A DNA stretch of 46,572 nucleotides from Thermotogota bacterium (GTDB lineage: Bacteria > Bipolaricaulota > Bipolaricaulia > UBA7950 > UBA9294), in contig JBDKUT010000125.1 in the NCBI GenBank assembly GCA_039679545.1, forward strand, positions 1 to 46,572, given 5' to 3'. How positions within the stretch are numbered: position 1 is the first letter of the stretch; each line of letters starts with the position of its first letter. The notes under the pieces were generated by a model that saw nothing but the letters and a program-made list of their open reading frames with translations, searched no databases and had not been told where the DNA came from. Shown here piece by piece: positions 19,781 to 29,256 of the stretch. Position numbers and translations under genes: made by a program.

Positions 19781-21046
19781 CTATTTTCTCGCGGCCGGAC
19801 CCGTGGGAGCGCCGGCAACGGTAGGCCGCAAGCCGAAGAGCGCCACAACGAGACCGAGGGCCGCAAGCCCCATGACCGGCAAAAACACGGACAAGTAGCT
19901 TCCCGATGCGTCCCGTATCATCCCCGACAGCACGCTGCCGAGAATCGCCCCGAGGCCGTACGCGGTGAACACAATGCCGTAGTTCCTCGCGTAGTGCTTC
20001 GTCCCGAAGAACGTCGCCGTCGCCGTGGGCGCAATCGCCAGCCATCCACCGAGGTTCAGGTAGAGGAGAACGAAGGAGACGAAGTAGATGGCCGTGCTGC
20101 CGTCTCCGAAGAAGTACACGAGCGCGGCCGCGGCCAGAATCAAGATGAAGGAGAGCGCGGCCGCATAGCGCGGCGTCAAACGGTCGGTCAACCAGCCAAA
20201 CAGCGGCCGCCCGAGGGCGTTGGGAATGGCAAAGATGGACACCGCCAACGTCGCCAGCGAGCTGCTGACTCCGGAAACCTCAAGCCCGAACGGCTTCGCA
20301 ATGCCGATCGACATGAGGCCGGCAAGGCAGCCGATCGTGTAGCAGCCCCACAGCGCGTAGAACGTTCCGCGCTTGACCATCTGTCCGCGATCCATATCCC
20401 CGAAGACGCACACCGGAGCCTTGCCCTTCACCGGCTCGCATCCTTTGGGCGCCCAGCCCTGCGGCGGAAACTTGAGCGGCAGCGCGAGGGCAAGCAAGAG
20501 AACGAGGAAGACTCCACCAAGCACCATGAACGTCCGGATCACGCCCATTGACGTGATGAGGGAGTCGGCGATCGGCGCGAGGATCAGGGCGGACAGCCCG
20601 AACCCCATGACGGTCAGCCCGACGGCGAGTCCCTTCCTGTCGGGGAACCACTTCCCCGACACCGCGATCGGACAGCCGTACATCACACCGACCCCGCTGC
20701 CCCCGACCACGCCGTAGAGGAGCGTCAGGATCCAGATGTTGGGCGAGAGCCCCGACAAGATCCATCCTCCGCCGACGAGAACTCCACCGAGGAGACTCGT
20801 CTTGCGCGGACCCCACTTTTCGACCAGCGGTCCGGCGAGCGCCATGCCGAGGGCAAACATCCCCAGAAAGATCATGAAGGGCATTCCCGCCTGCGTGGCG
20901 GTGATCCCCCACAGCGTCTGCAGCGGCGGCCGGAAGACGCTGAACGCGTACACCGCACCGAGGCAGATGTTGATCAGAAAGCCAACGACGACGTACATCC
21001 ATCGCGAGGTCTCGAGTCGGTTTTCCTTCGCTACTGCACTCATCAT
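19781..21046 (-). CDS. OFA-family MFS transporter (oxalate/formate-antiporter-like)
   Basis: About 12 TM; GAVYAFSVF, KWFPDRKGLAVGL, FFGTKHYARNYGIVFTAYG. Confidence 0.9.
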   Translation of the reverse strand: MMSAVAKENRLETSRWMYVVVGFLINICLGAVYAFSVFRPPLQTLWGITATQAGMPFMIFLGMFALGMALAGPLVEKWGPRKTSLLGGVLVGGGWILSGLSPNIWILTLLYGVVGGSGVGVMYGCPIAVSGKWFPDRKGLAVGLTVMGFGLSALILAPIADSLITSMGVIRTFMVLGGVFLVLLLALALPLKFPPQGWAPKGCEPVKGKAPVCVFGDMDRGQMVKRGTFYALWGCYTIGCLAGLMSIGIAKPFGLEVSGVSSSLATLAVSIFAIPNALGRPLFGWLTDRLTPRYAAALSFILILAAAALVYFFGDGSTAIYFVSFVLLYLNLGGWLAIAPTATATFFGTKHYARNYGIVFTAYGLGAILGSVLSGMIRDASGSYLSVFLPVMGLAALGLVVALFGLRPTVAGAPTGPAARK

Positions 21047-21063
21047 CCCCTCCCCCGAAGAGA

Positions 21064-21086
21064 GAGGGGCGGCCGCGCCGCCCCTC
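21064..21086 (-). terminator. 10-bp stem-loop between acs and the OFA transporter
   Basis: GAGGGGCGGC-cgc-GCCGCCCCTC followed by pyrimidines on the minus strand. Confidence 0.5.
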
Positions 21087-21122
21087 GTTGATCTGTCGAA
21101 GTGCCTGGTTGAGGCACGCCTC

Positions 21123-23081
21123 CTACCCCTTGTAGCCGACGGCCTTCTTCAGCTCGTCGACGGTCTCCGGGTTCAGGAGCGTCGTGAGGTCGCCGACGGG
21201 TTCGTCGCGGACGAGCGACTTCAGGATGCGGCGCATGATCTTGCCGCTCCGCGTCTTCGGCACGTCGTGCGCGAAGATGATCTCCTCCGGGCGCCCCGTG
21301 GGCCCGATGACGCGGTTCACCGTCGCCAAGAGGTCCTTGCGGATCTCCTCGGACGGCTCGATCCCCTTGCGCAGGAGGACGAACGCCACGGGCACCTCGC
21401 CCTTCAGGTCGTGCGGCTTCGAGACGACGGCCACTTCGCTGACCTTGTCGTTCTGCGCCAGCGCGCTCTCGACCTCGGCGGTCGCCAGGCGGTGGCCGGC
21501 GACGTTCATGACGTCATCGACGCGCCCGGTAATGCGGAAGTTGCCCATGTCATCCTTGCGCGCGCCGTCGCTCGTGAAGTAGCGCTCCGGGCCGTAGTCC
21601 GAGAAGTACTGGTTCTTGAAACGGTCCATGTCCCCGTAGATGCCGCGCGTGAGGCTGGGCGGGAACGGGGCGTAGATCGCGAGGTAGCCTCCCTCGCCGA
21701 CCTTCGTCGGCTGGCCACCCGAGTCGAGGATGTCGCCGATGACTCCGGGGAACCCTCGACCGGCGACGGTCGGGATGAACGGCCCGATGCCGGGCAGGTT
21801 GTTCACCATGTTCGCGCCCGTCTCCGTCTGCCACCACGTGTCGATGATCGGGCAGCGCTCGCCGCCGATCTTCTCGAAGTACCACATCCACGCGTCGACG
21901 TTGATCGGCTCGCCGACCGTGCCGAGGACGCGGAGGCTCGATAGGTCGTACTTCGCCGGCCACTCGTCGCCCTGCTTGATCAGCATGCGAATCAGGGTCG
22001 GCGCCGTGTAGAGCTGCGTGATCTTGTGCTTCTGGACGATGGCCCACATCCGGCCGTAGTCGGGCATGTCGGGCGAACCCTCGTACATGAACGACGTCAC
22101 GCCGTTCATGAGCGGGCCGTAGTTGATGTACGTATGGCCGGTGACCCAACCGACGTCGGCCGTGCACCAGAAGATGTCGCCGGGATGCATGTCGAAGTTC
22201 CACTTCGCGGTGACGTAGGACTGGACGGCGTACCCACCGGTCGTGTGCATGATTCCCTTCGGCTTGCCCGTCGTCCCCGAGGTGTAGAGGAGGAACGACA
22301 GGTGCTCGGCGTCGAGCGGCTCGGCCGGGCAGTCGGGCGATGCCTTCGCGACGAGATCGTGGTACCAGACGTCGCGCCCGGCCTTCATCGAGGCGGATCC
22401 ATCGAGGCGCTTCACGACGACGATCTTCTCGACCTTCGTCCCCTCGGCGCCCTGCTCGGCGGCCTTCTTCAGGTCGATGGGCTTCCCGCGGCGGTAGTAG
22501 CCGTCGGCGGTGATGAGGACCTTCGCACCCGCGTCATCCAATCGATCGCGGAGCGACTCCGGGCTGAACGCCGAGAACACGACGCTGTGCGGCGCTCCGA
22601 TGCGGGCGCAGGCCTGCATCGCGACCACGGCCTCCGGAATCATCGGAAGGTAGATGCCCACGCGGTCGCCCTTCTTCACGCCGAGCGACTTCAAGCCGTT
22701 GGCGAACTTGCACACGCGCTCGTGCAGCTCTTTGTACGTGATGTGGACGGCCTTCTCCGTCAGCGGCTCCGGCTCCCAGATGACCGCCACGCGGTCGCCG
22801 TGGCCGGCCTCGATGTGCCGGTCGAGGGAATTGTACGAGAGGTTGGTCTTCCCGCCGACGAACCACTTATAGGCGTACGGAGTAGGATCGTACGCCTTGT
22901 CCCACTTCTTGAACCAGTGAAGCTCCTCGGCCAGCCCAGACCAGAATGCGACGGGATCCGCCGCCGCCTTCTTGTAGATCGCCTCGTCCGAAACCCACGC
23001 TTGCTTCTTCAGTTCGGGTGTGGGCCAGAAGACGTTCTCGCGCTTCGGGTCCTTCATGACCCACTTCTTCGCCTCCGCCAC
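21123..23081 (-). CDS. acs: Acetate--CoA ligase (AMP-forming acetyl-CoA synthetase)
   Basis: YTSGTTGKPKG, CTADVGWVTGH, IDTWWQTETG, GRVDDV, PKTRSGKIMRR; GTG start 23081 with RBS GGAGG. Confidence 0.96.
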   Translation of the reverse strand: MAEAKKWVMKDPKRENVFWPTPELKKQAWVSDEAIYKKAAADPVAFWSGLAEELHWFKKWDKAYDPTPYAYKWFVGGKTNLSYNSLDRHIEAGHGDRVAVIWEPEPLTEKAVHITYKELHERVCKFANGLKSLGVKKGDRVGIYLPMIPEAVVAMQACARIGAPHSVVFSAFSPESLRDRLDDAGAKVLITADGYYRRGKPIDLKKAAEQGAEGTKVEKIVVVKRLDGSASMKAGRDVWYHDLVAKASPDCPAEPLDAEHLSFLLYTSGTTGKPKGIMHTTGGYAVQSYVTAKWNFDMHPGDIFWCTADVGWVTGHTYINYGPLMNGVTSFMYEGSPDMPDYGRMWAIVQKHKITQLYTAPTLIRMLIKQGDEWPAKYDLSSLRVLGTVGEPINVDAWMWYFEKIGGERCPIIDTWWQTETGANMVNNLPGIGPFIPTVAGRGFPGVIGDILDSGGQPTKVGEGGYLAIYAPFPPSLTRGIYGDMDRFKNQYFSDYGPERYFTSDGARKDDMGNFRITGRVDDVMNVAGHRLATAEVESALAQNDKVSEVAVVSKPHDLKGEVPVAFVLLRKGIEPSEEIRKDLLATVNRVIGPTGRPEEIIFAHDVPKTRSGKIMRRILKSLVRDEPVGDLTTLLNPETVDELKKAVGYKG

Positions 23082-23151
23082 GGTGGGACCTCCTGTCAAC
23101 TCCCTCTGGAATTGGTGGCGATACTAGCCCATGGCGGGGAACCCTGCAACG

Positions 23152-23715
23152 CTAGAGGGGAATGGAAGGCGTGATGCGAACGACGATCGGCCAGCGAAGA
23201 GCCGTTCGGTAGATCGAAACCGCGTGCAGGACGCGCTCGACGTACGCCCGAGTCCCAGAAAACGGGACCTCGCCTGAGGCAAGCCACGCGTCGACCCGCG
23301 TCGGACCGGCGTGGTACGCCGTCAGCGCGAGGTCGAGCGTCCCGAATCGATCGAGCAGATACCGCAGGTACCAGGCACCCAGCCGGATGTTGGTCCCCGG
23401 ATCGAGAAGAGCCTCGGGAGCGAATCCGGGAAACCCCATCCGCTCGGCAATCCACGCTCCGGTCTCGGGCATGATCTGCATCAACCCGATGGCGCCGCGC
23501 GGCGAAACCGCCTCCGGGCGGAAGCGGCTCTCGGCTCGAATGACCGAGCAGAGCGTCGCGGCGTCGAGCCTCTCGACGTCGGCCGACGCCCGCACGAGGT
23601 CGACGTATCCGATCGGATAGAGCACGCGCAGGATGACGAGCCCCGCGTACGTGACGACCGCGGCCACCGCGACAATGATCGCGATCCGCTTCGGAATTGC
23701 CCTTCCGTGAACCAT
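23152..23715 (-). CDS. Lytic transglycosylase (SLT domain), membrane-anchored
   Basis: IRAES, AVSPRGAIGLMQ, NIRLGAWYL, AYHAG; start reassigned to ATG 23715. Confidence 0.88.
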   Translation of the reverse strand: MVHGRAIPKRIAIIVAVAAVVTYAGLVILRVLYPIGYVDLVRASADVERLDAATLCSVIRAESRFRPEAVSPRGAIGLMQIMPETGAWIAERMGFPGFAPEALLDPGTNIRLGAWYLRYLLDRFGTLDLALTAYHAGPTRVDAWLASGEVPFSGTRAYVERVLHAVSIYRTALRWPIVVRITPSIPL

Positions 23716-23782
23716 GATCGTATCATACGACGATCCTCTATAATTGCCGGATGGGAAACAGGGGAGAGTGGGCAAGGGCAGC

Positions 23783-24469
23783 ATGAAGAAGTTCTTGCTG
23801 TGGCTCCGGGCGACGTTTGTGAGCGGGTTGCTGACCATCCTCCCGGTCGGTGCGACCGCCTACATCCTCTGGATCCTCTACAACATGCTCGATGGCCTGC
23901 TCGGTCACGGAAGGCCGATCGGCAACGCCATCGAACGCGCCGTGGGCCATTCGCTCCCTGGGCTCGGGATTGTGCTCCTCATCGTGCTTGTGCTCATCGC
24001 CGGCGTGATCGCCCGGAACATCGTGGGCAGAACGCTATACTCGTACTTTGAGCGCCTCTTCCTGATCCTGCCCGGAATCCGGAAGATGTACGGTACGTTT
24101 AAGCAGTTCGCGGGCGCGATGCTCGATCCCAAGGCGACGGCGTCGTTCAAGCGGGTGGTGATGATCGAGTATCCTAAGGTGGGGCTTCAGGCCCTGGGTT
24201 TGGTAACCAACGATGACCCCGGCAAGCTGGTCGACCTGACCGGCGAGGAGTGCTACATCGTCTACGTACCCACGGTGCCGAATCCGTTGACGGGAGCCAT
24301 GGTCATCGTACCCAAAAAGTCCGTGACCTACGTGGACATGCCGGTGGAAGACATGCTGTCCATGGTCGTCTCCAGCGGATCCGTCCAGCCGGAGAGCCTG
24401 CGTACCGACGGCCAGAAGCGGGAGGAAGAGCGAAAGCGCCCGCGTCTTCTCGGTCGTCGCCGCTCGTGA
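23783..24469 (+). CDS. DUF502 membrane protein
   Basis: GLLTILP, IPGIRKMY-like segment, IEYP, YVPTVPNPLTG; ATG 23783. Confidence 0.88.
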   Translation: MKKFLLWLRATFVSGLLTILPVGATAYILWILYNMLDGLLGHGRPIGNAIERAVGHSLPGLGIVLLIVLVLIAGVIARNIVGRTLYSYFERLFLILPGIRKMYGTFKQFAGAMLDPKATASFKRVVMIEYPKVGLQALGLVTNDDPGKLVDLTGEECYIVYVPTVPNPLTGAMVIVPKKSVTYVDMPVEDMLSMVVSSGSVQPESLRTDGQKREEERKRPRLLGRRRS

Positions 24470-24477
24470 GGTGAGCG

Positions 24478-25320
24478 ATGTCTCTGTTCAAGGAACGCCA
24501 GTACCTGCGTGTGCATGTGGACCGGGAGCCGGACGACAGCCTTTGGATGAAGTGCAAATCGTGCGGCGAACTCGTCTTCAAGCGGCGCGTCCGTGAGAAC
24601 AGCAACGTCTGCCCAAGCTGCGGGGAGTACTTCTTCCAGACGTCCCAGGAGAGGCTGGAGTCGATCCTCGACCCAGGGAGCTACGAGCTGTTCGGCGAGC
24701 GTCTCACGGCCGACGACCCGCTGTCGTTCGTCGACAGCCGCGCCTACCAGGAGCGGGTCGCGGAGGCTCAGGCCAAGACGGGGCTCGATGACGCCATTCT
24801 CATCGGACGCGGCGCGATCGAAGGAGTTCCCGTCGTGATCGGCGTCATGGACTTCCGCTTCATCGGCGGGAGCATGGGATCGGTGGTCGGCGAGCAGATC
24901 TGCCGGGCGATGGAGGCGGCCATCGCCGATCGGCGGGGCTTTGTCCTCATCTCGTCGTCCGGCGGAGCACGCATCCAGGAGGGGTTGTTCTCGCTGCTCC
25001 AGATGGCGAAGACGGTCGCCGTCCGGCGACGGCTGGCCGAGGCTGCGCTGCCCTTCATCTCGGTGATGACGTACCCGACCTCGGGGGGCGTGGAGGCGTC
25101 GATCGCCTCGCTCGGGGACATCATCATCGCCGAGAAGGGAGCCATGATCGGCTTCGCCGGCCGCCGCGTGATCGAGCAGACGATCGCCGAGGAGCTGCCG
25201 GCTCACTTCCAGACGGAGTCGTTTGCCCTCGAGCGCGGGCAAATCGACCGAGTCGTCCGGCGTGAGGACCTCCGCAGTGAGCTTGCCGCGGCGCTCGGGT
25301 TCTTCGTGGGGGCGAGATGA
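24478..25320 (+). CDS. accD: Acetyl-CoA carboxylase carboxyltransferase beta
   Basis: C4 zinc finger CKSC...CPSC, FIGGSMG, SGGARIQEG, IGFAGRRVIEQT. Confidence 0.95.
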   Translation: MSLFKERQYLRVHVDREPDDSLWMKCKSCGELVFKRRVRENSNVCPSCGEYFFQTSQERLESILDPGSYELFGERLTADDPLSFVDSRAYQERVAEAQAKTGLDDAILIGRGAIEGVPVVIGVMDFRFIGGSMGSVVGEQICRAMEAAIADRRGFVLISSSGGARIQEGLFSLLQMAKTVAVRRRLAEAALPFISVMTYPTSGGVEASIASLGDIIIAEKGAMIGFAGRRVIEQTIAEELPAHFQTESFALERGQIDRVVRREDLRSELAAALGFFVGAR

Positions 25321-26276
25321 CCGACGAGCGTACCCTTGACCTCCTCGAGGCGAAGATCGAAGAGCTGCGCCAGCTGAACTCCGCGGACGGGATGGACCTG
25401 TCCAAGGAGATCGCACGCCTCGAAGAGAAGCTCGCCGTCCTGCGGCAGGATCTCTACTCGAACCTGACCGACTGGGAGCGTGTCCGCATCGCACGCCATC
25501 CGAAGCGGCCTTACGCGCTCGACTACATCGCATCGGCGTTCACCGACTTCTACGAGCTGCGCGGGGACCGCATCGTCGGCGATGACCGCGCTCTTCTCGC
25601 CGGACTCGCCCGACTCGAGGGCCGCCCCGTCGCCCTTCTCGCCCAGCAGAAGGGACGCACCACCGAAGAGAACAAAGAGCGGTTCTTCGGAATGACGCGC
25701 CCACAGGGCTACCGCAAGGCGAAGCGGCTCATGGAACTCGCGGAGCGATTTGGCTTTCCGCTCGTCTCGCTCATCGACACGTCGGGCGCGTACCCCGGCG
25801 TCGAGTCGGAGGAGCTGAACATCGGCGGCGCCATCGCCGAGAACCTCCAGACGATGGCGGGACTCCGCGTGCCGACGGTGGCCGTCATCATCGGAGAGGG
25901 AGGATCGGGCGGCGCGCTCGCGATCGGACTGGCCGACCGCGTGCTGATGCTTGAGAACTCAATCTACTCCGTGATCACTCCGGAAGGAGCCGCGGCGATC
26001 CTCTGGAAAGATAAGGAGCGCGCGCGGGAGGCCGCCACGGCGCTGCAAATGACGGCGCCCCACCTCCTCGACCTCGGTTTGATCGACGGCGTCATCCCGG
26101 AGCCGCTGGGCGGCGCACACAAGAACTCCGCGGTCACCTCGGCGGCTTTGAAGGAGGCCGTCGTGCGCCACGTCAACGAGCTTTCAGCAATCCCCCTCGA
26201 CCAGCTCCTCGCCGCCCGCTACGCCCGATACCGCAACGTCGGGCGATACACCGCGCGCCCGGCTGCGAACTCCTAG
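25317..26276 (+). CDS. accA: Acetyl-CoA carboxylase carboxyltransferase alpha
   Basis: ARHPKRP, GYRKAKRLM, DTSGAYPG, GEGGSGGALA, IPEPLGGAH. Confidence 0.95.
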   Translation: MTDERTLDLLEAKIEELRQLNSADGMDLSKEIARLEEKLAVLRQDLYSNLTDWERVRIARHPKRPYALDYIASAFTDFYELRGDRIVGDDRALLAGLARLEGRPVALLAQQKGRTTEENKERFFGMTRPQGYRKAKRLMELAERFGFPLVSLIDTSGAYPGVESEELNIGGAIAENLQTMAGLRVPTVAVIIGEGGSGGALAIGLADRVLMLENSIYSVITPEGAAAILWKDKERAREAATALQMTAPHLLDLGLIDGVIPEPLGGAHKNSAVTSAALKEAVVRHVNELSAIPLDQLLAARYARYRNVGRYTARPAANS

Positions 26277-26290
26277 CACCCCATCACCCC

Positions 26291-26319
26291 TTGACGAAGC
26301 GACGTCCGCGTGGTAGCGT
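26291..26319 (+). promoter_or_regulatory. Sigma70-type promoter upstream of the asparagine synthetase leader
   Basis: TTGACG (26291-26296), 17 nt, extended -10 TGG-TAGCGT (26314-26319). Confidence 0.65.
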
Positions 26320-26348
26320 AGCCCATCTCACAGGAAGAGGTGGTTCTC

Positions 26349-26447
26349 ATGACGCGACTTCACCCCACGGTCTGCTCGTCTTCGTTCGAGGGCAGCCTCG
26401 CCAATCGTTCCCTCTTCCCGCTCACGAATCAGGACGCCCAAGGCTAG
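26349..26447 (+). CDS. Putative 32-aa leader peptide MTRLHPTVCSSSFEGSLANRSLFPLTNQDAQG
   Basis: RBS-like GAGGTG upstream; stop TAG lies in the 5' arm of the hairpin CTAGACGA/TCGTCTAG (26444-26464). Confidence 0.4.
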   Translation: MTRLHPTVCSSSFEGSLANRSLFPLTNQDAQG

Positions 26448-26583
26448 ACGAGTCGTTCGTCTAGCTAGGCCGAGCACCTCGCCCGGCCGGGCGCTCTCCC
26501 AACCGCGATCCGTTTCCACCGGCCACGTGGGCCGACGTTTTGCAGGGTCTTCCCTGTTTTCGTGCTTCACCCTTGGAGGAGAG

Positions 26584-27495
26584 ATGATTCGTTTGAGCTG
26601 TGAGCAGGATCGAGTGGCTGTGCTACGAATCGGGAGCGAAGTTCTCGCCTCGGCGGGCGCATTCCTCCGCCGCGAGGGGTTTCTAGAGATCCTTCCGGTG
26701 CTTCTGTCTTCGATGACCGACCCGCTCCACCACGAGACGTACTCGAGCGTCGTCGACTACTACGGAGTCCCCTACCAGTTGACGAAAAGCATGATCTTCC
26801 ACAAGCAGGTCGCTCTCCGGACACTGCCGCGGATCTTCTGCTTTTCGCCGAACGTCCGCATGGAGCCGGCCGAGCGCGCGGCGGCGGGCCGGTACCTCGC
26901 CGAGTTCGTGCAGCTCGATCTCGAGGTGCGGGACGCGACACGAGCCGACGTCATTGGGCTCGGCGAGCGGCTCCTGAGCGCGGTTTTCGAAGCGGTCCTT
27001 GAGAACTGCGGAGAGGAACTCGCCCGGCTCGGACGGAAACTGCGCGTGCCCCGGATGCCGTTTGAGCAGATCCCCTACGCAGAGGCGGCGGCTCGGCACG
27101 GCGAACCGTTCGACGACGCGTTGTCCCGGGCCGTCAGCGAGCCCGTGTGGGTGATCGACTTCCCTCGGTCGATCCGCGAGTTCTACGACCGCGAGGACCC
27201 CACCCGCCCGGACGTGCTTCTGGACATGGACCTCGTGTATCCGGAGGGGTTCGGCGAGGCACTCTCTGGAGGAGAGCGGGAGCACGAGCTGAAGCGCATC
27301 CGCGACCGACTGCGGCGAGATGCCATCCCCGAGGCGCGGTTCGCGTCGTACCTGCAGATCGCAAGCCAAGGCCTATTCCGTTCCGCCGGATTCGGCATCG
27401 GGATCGAACGCCTCACGCGGTTCATCGCGGGGCTCGAACGGATCGAGGAGGCCCGCCTGTTCGCGAAGGTCCCCGGGGACACGACGGCGCTGTGA
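26584..27495 (+). CDS. AsnRS-like asparagine synthetase A (archaeal type; class II aaRS core without anticodon domain)
   Basis: TDPL, LTKSMIFHKQ, SPNVRME, EFVQLDLE, EALSGGERE, GFGIGIERLTRF; ATG 26584 with RBS GGAGGAG. Confidence 0.85.
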   Translation: MIRLSCEQDRVAVLRIGSEVLASAGAFLRREGFLEILPVLLSSMTDPLHHETYSSVVDYYGVPYQLTKSMIFHKQVALRTLPRIFCFSPNVRMEPAERAAAGRYLAEFVQLDLEVRDATRADVIGLGERLLSAVFEAVLENCGEELARLGRKLRVPRMPFEQIPYAEAAARHGEPFDDALSRAVSEPVWVIDFPRSIREFYDREDPTRPDVLLDMDLVYPEGFGEALSGGEREHELKRIRDRLRRDAIPEARFASYLQIASQGLFRSAGFGIGIERLTRFIAGLERIEEARLFAKVPGDTTAL

Positions 27496-27555
27496 GGCAC
27501 CGTTGCCGGAAACAAGTGCGTCCGCCCGGAGTACGTTTCGTGAGAGGTGAGTACG

Positions 27556-28362
27556 ATGTGGCGTCCTTGGCGAATTGTGGGGATCGTGGTTCTTGCGGCG
27601 GTGCTGATGGCGGGAGGAGCCGTGGCGCAATCGACATCGAAGTCGTCGTCCAGTGCGTCGTCAATGGGCGGGGCCGCCGAGGTGCGACTCGGCGGCTTCG
27701 TCTTCGAAACCGGCGCGCGCCTGGCCCTAGAGATCGTCCACGAGGGAGACGTCGATTGCTTCAAGTCTAAGGTCGTCGTGGAGCGTATGCGCCTGGTCGG
27801 AAAGGACGGCACGGTCGTGTTCGAGGAAGAGTACGCGCCCGCCGTCCCGGCCGAGAGCTGGATCGGCAAGGTTCACCTCGTCGACCCAAGCGGCGCGCCC
27901 CTTCCCATGGCAGGGTACGAGGTCGTGATGGCGACGAACGTCGGCTCGTTTGTCGCCGAGGTCGAGGTCGCCGCGACGTCGGGGCTGTATGGACTGGGCC
28001 GCTACTCGGCCGCCGCGTCAGTCTGCGGTTACACGCTGCGCGTCTATCGCCTTGTCACCGAACTCGACGAGGGAGCATCGCTGACGCTTCGCGTCGGCGA
28101 CCGCCTGATGATCGAGCTCGAGGGAAACGCAACCACCGGCTACACGTGGACCAACACAATCGAGGTCGAGTACGCGGTGGTGCGCGAGGCGCAAGACGTT
28201 GAGTACCGCCCCGCGTCCGCCCTCATCGGCGCGCCCGGCGTCTTCGTCTTCCGGTATGTGGCCGTTGACATGGGCCCGCAGATGCTTCGCTTCGCGTACC
28301 AGCGGCCGTGGGAGTCGGTCGATCCGCTCAAGGTCGTCCTCTTCACCGTCAACGTCCTGTAG
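27556..28362 (+). CDS. Secreted protein with C-terminal chagasin/I42 protease-inhibitor domain
   Basis: Signal peptide; GNATTGYTW, GAPG, YQRPWE chagasin loops. Confidence 0.8.
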   Translation: MWRPWRIVGIVVLAAVLMAGGAVAQSTSKSSSSASSMGGAAEVRLGGFVFETGARLALEIVHEGDVDCFKSKVVVERMRLVGKDGTVVFEEEYAPAVPAESWIGKVHLVDPSGAPLPMAGYEVVMATNVGSFVAEVEVAATSGLYGLGRYSAAASVCGYTLRVYRLVTELDEGASLTLRVGDRLMIELEGNATTGYTWTNTIEVEYAVVREAQDVEYRPASALIGAPGVFVFRYVAVDMGPQMLRFAYQRPWESVDPLKVVLFTVNVL

Positions 28363-28506
28363 CTCGGCGACCCCGGGCCCGTACGGGTGCGCGGCCTTCG
28401 CCTCGGGCTGTACCGGTATTCCCTGCATCGCGCCCGCCGAGGATCCCATCGAATCGACTCCTATCCTCGGACTTGTTTGCCTGAACGATATGAGGATAAT
28501 CGTGAT

Positions 28507-29226
28507 ATGCCTCGAGACGAAAACGGTCGGACCTCCGAGCCATCGCTGACGCGCTGGGACCCCGACGGACTCCGCCGCATCCGACAGCTTCCCCGCGTTG
28601 ATCGTCCGCGTGAGAAGCTTCTTGCCCGTGGAGCGGAGTCCCTCTCCGACGTCGAGCTTCTCGCCGTCCTTCTCGGATGCGGCACCAAGCGCCTCGGCGT
28701 GCTGGAACTTGCAAGCCGCGTCCTTCACGAGACCGAGGGGAAGTCGAGCCCGGACGTCAGCGCGCTGCGGTCGATCCACGGCCTCGGCGAGGCCAAGGCG
28801 TGCCAGGTGGCATCTGCTCTCGAACTCGGTCGACGCTGGTTTCGCAAAGGCCGTCCTGTTGTTCGTCATGCCAGCGACGCCCTCCCCTACCTCCAGGACA
28901 TCCGAGGCCAGAAGCAGGAGCACTTCGTGTGCGTTTCTCTCTCCGGCGCCAACGAGGTGATCGCGTCGCGGGTCGTGACCGTCGGACTTCTCGATACGAA
29001 CCAGGTTCACCCGCGCGAGGTGTTTGCCGATCCAATCGCCGACCGCGCCGCGTCCGTCTTGCTCGCCCACAACCATCCGTCAGGAACGCTCGAAGCGAGC
29101 CCCGAGGACATCGCGCTGACCAAGCGCCTTGTTCAGGCCGGCCAGCTTCTCGGGATCCGCGTCCTGGACCACCTGATCGTCACCACAGATGGGTTCCTCT
29201 CGCTCAAACAAGAGGGCCACATCTAG
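28507..29226 (+). CDS. radC: RadC/JAB-domain protein
   Basis: RPREKL, LSDVELLA, GLGEAKA, VHPREVF, AHNHPSG, LDHLIV. Confidence 0.93.
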   Translation: MPRDENGRTSEPSLTRWDPDGLRRIRQLPRVDRPREKLLARGAESLSDVELLAVLLGCGTKRLGVLELASRVLHETEGKSSPDVSALRSIHGLGEAKACQVASALELGRRWFRKGRPVVRHASDALPYLQDIRGQKQEHFVCVSLSGANEVIASRVVTVGLLDTNQVHPREVFADPIADRAASVLLAHNHPSGTLEASPEDIALTKRLVQAGQLLGIRVLDHLIVTTDGFLSLKQEGHI

Positions 29227-29256
29227 CGGGGCCGTAGTCAGGACAGAGGGGCTCCT

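Noticed and set aside
28507..29226. radC as a marker of a mobile or anti-defence element
   Set aside because: Full-length chromosomal-type RadC with the N-terminal HhH region and no adjacent mobility genes.
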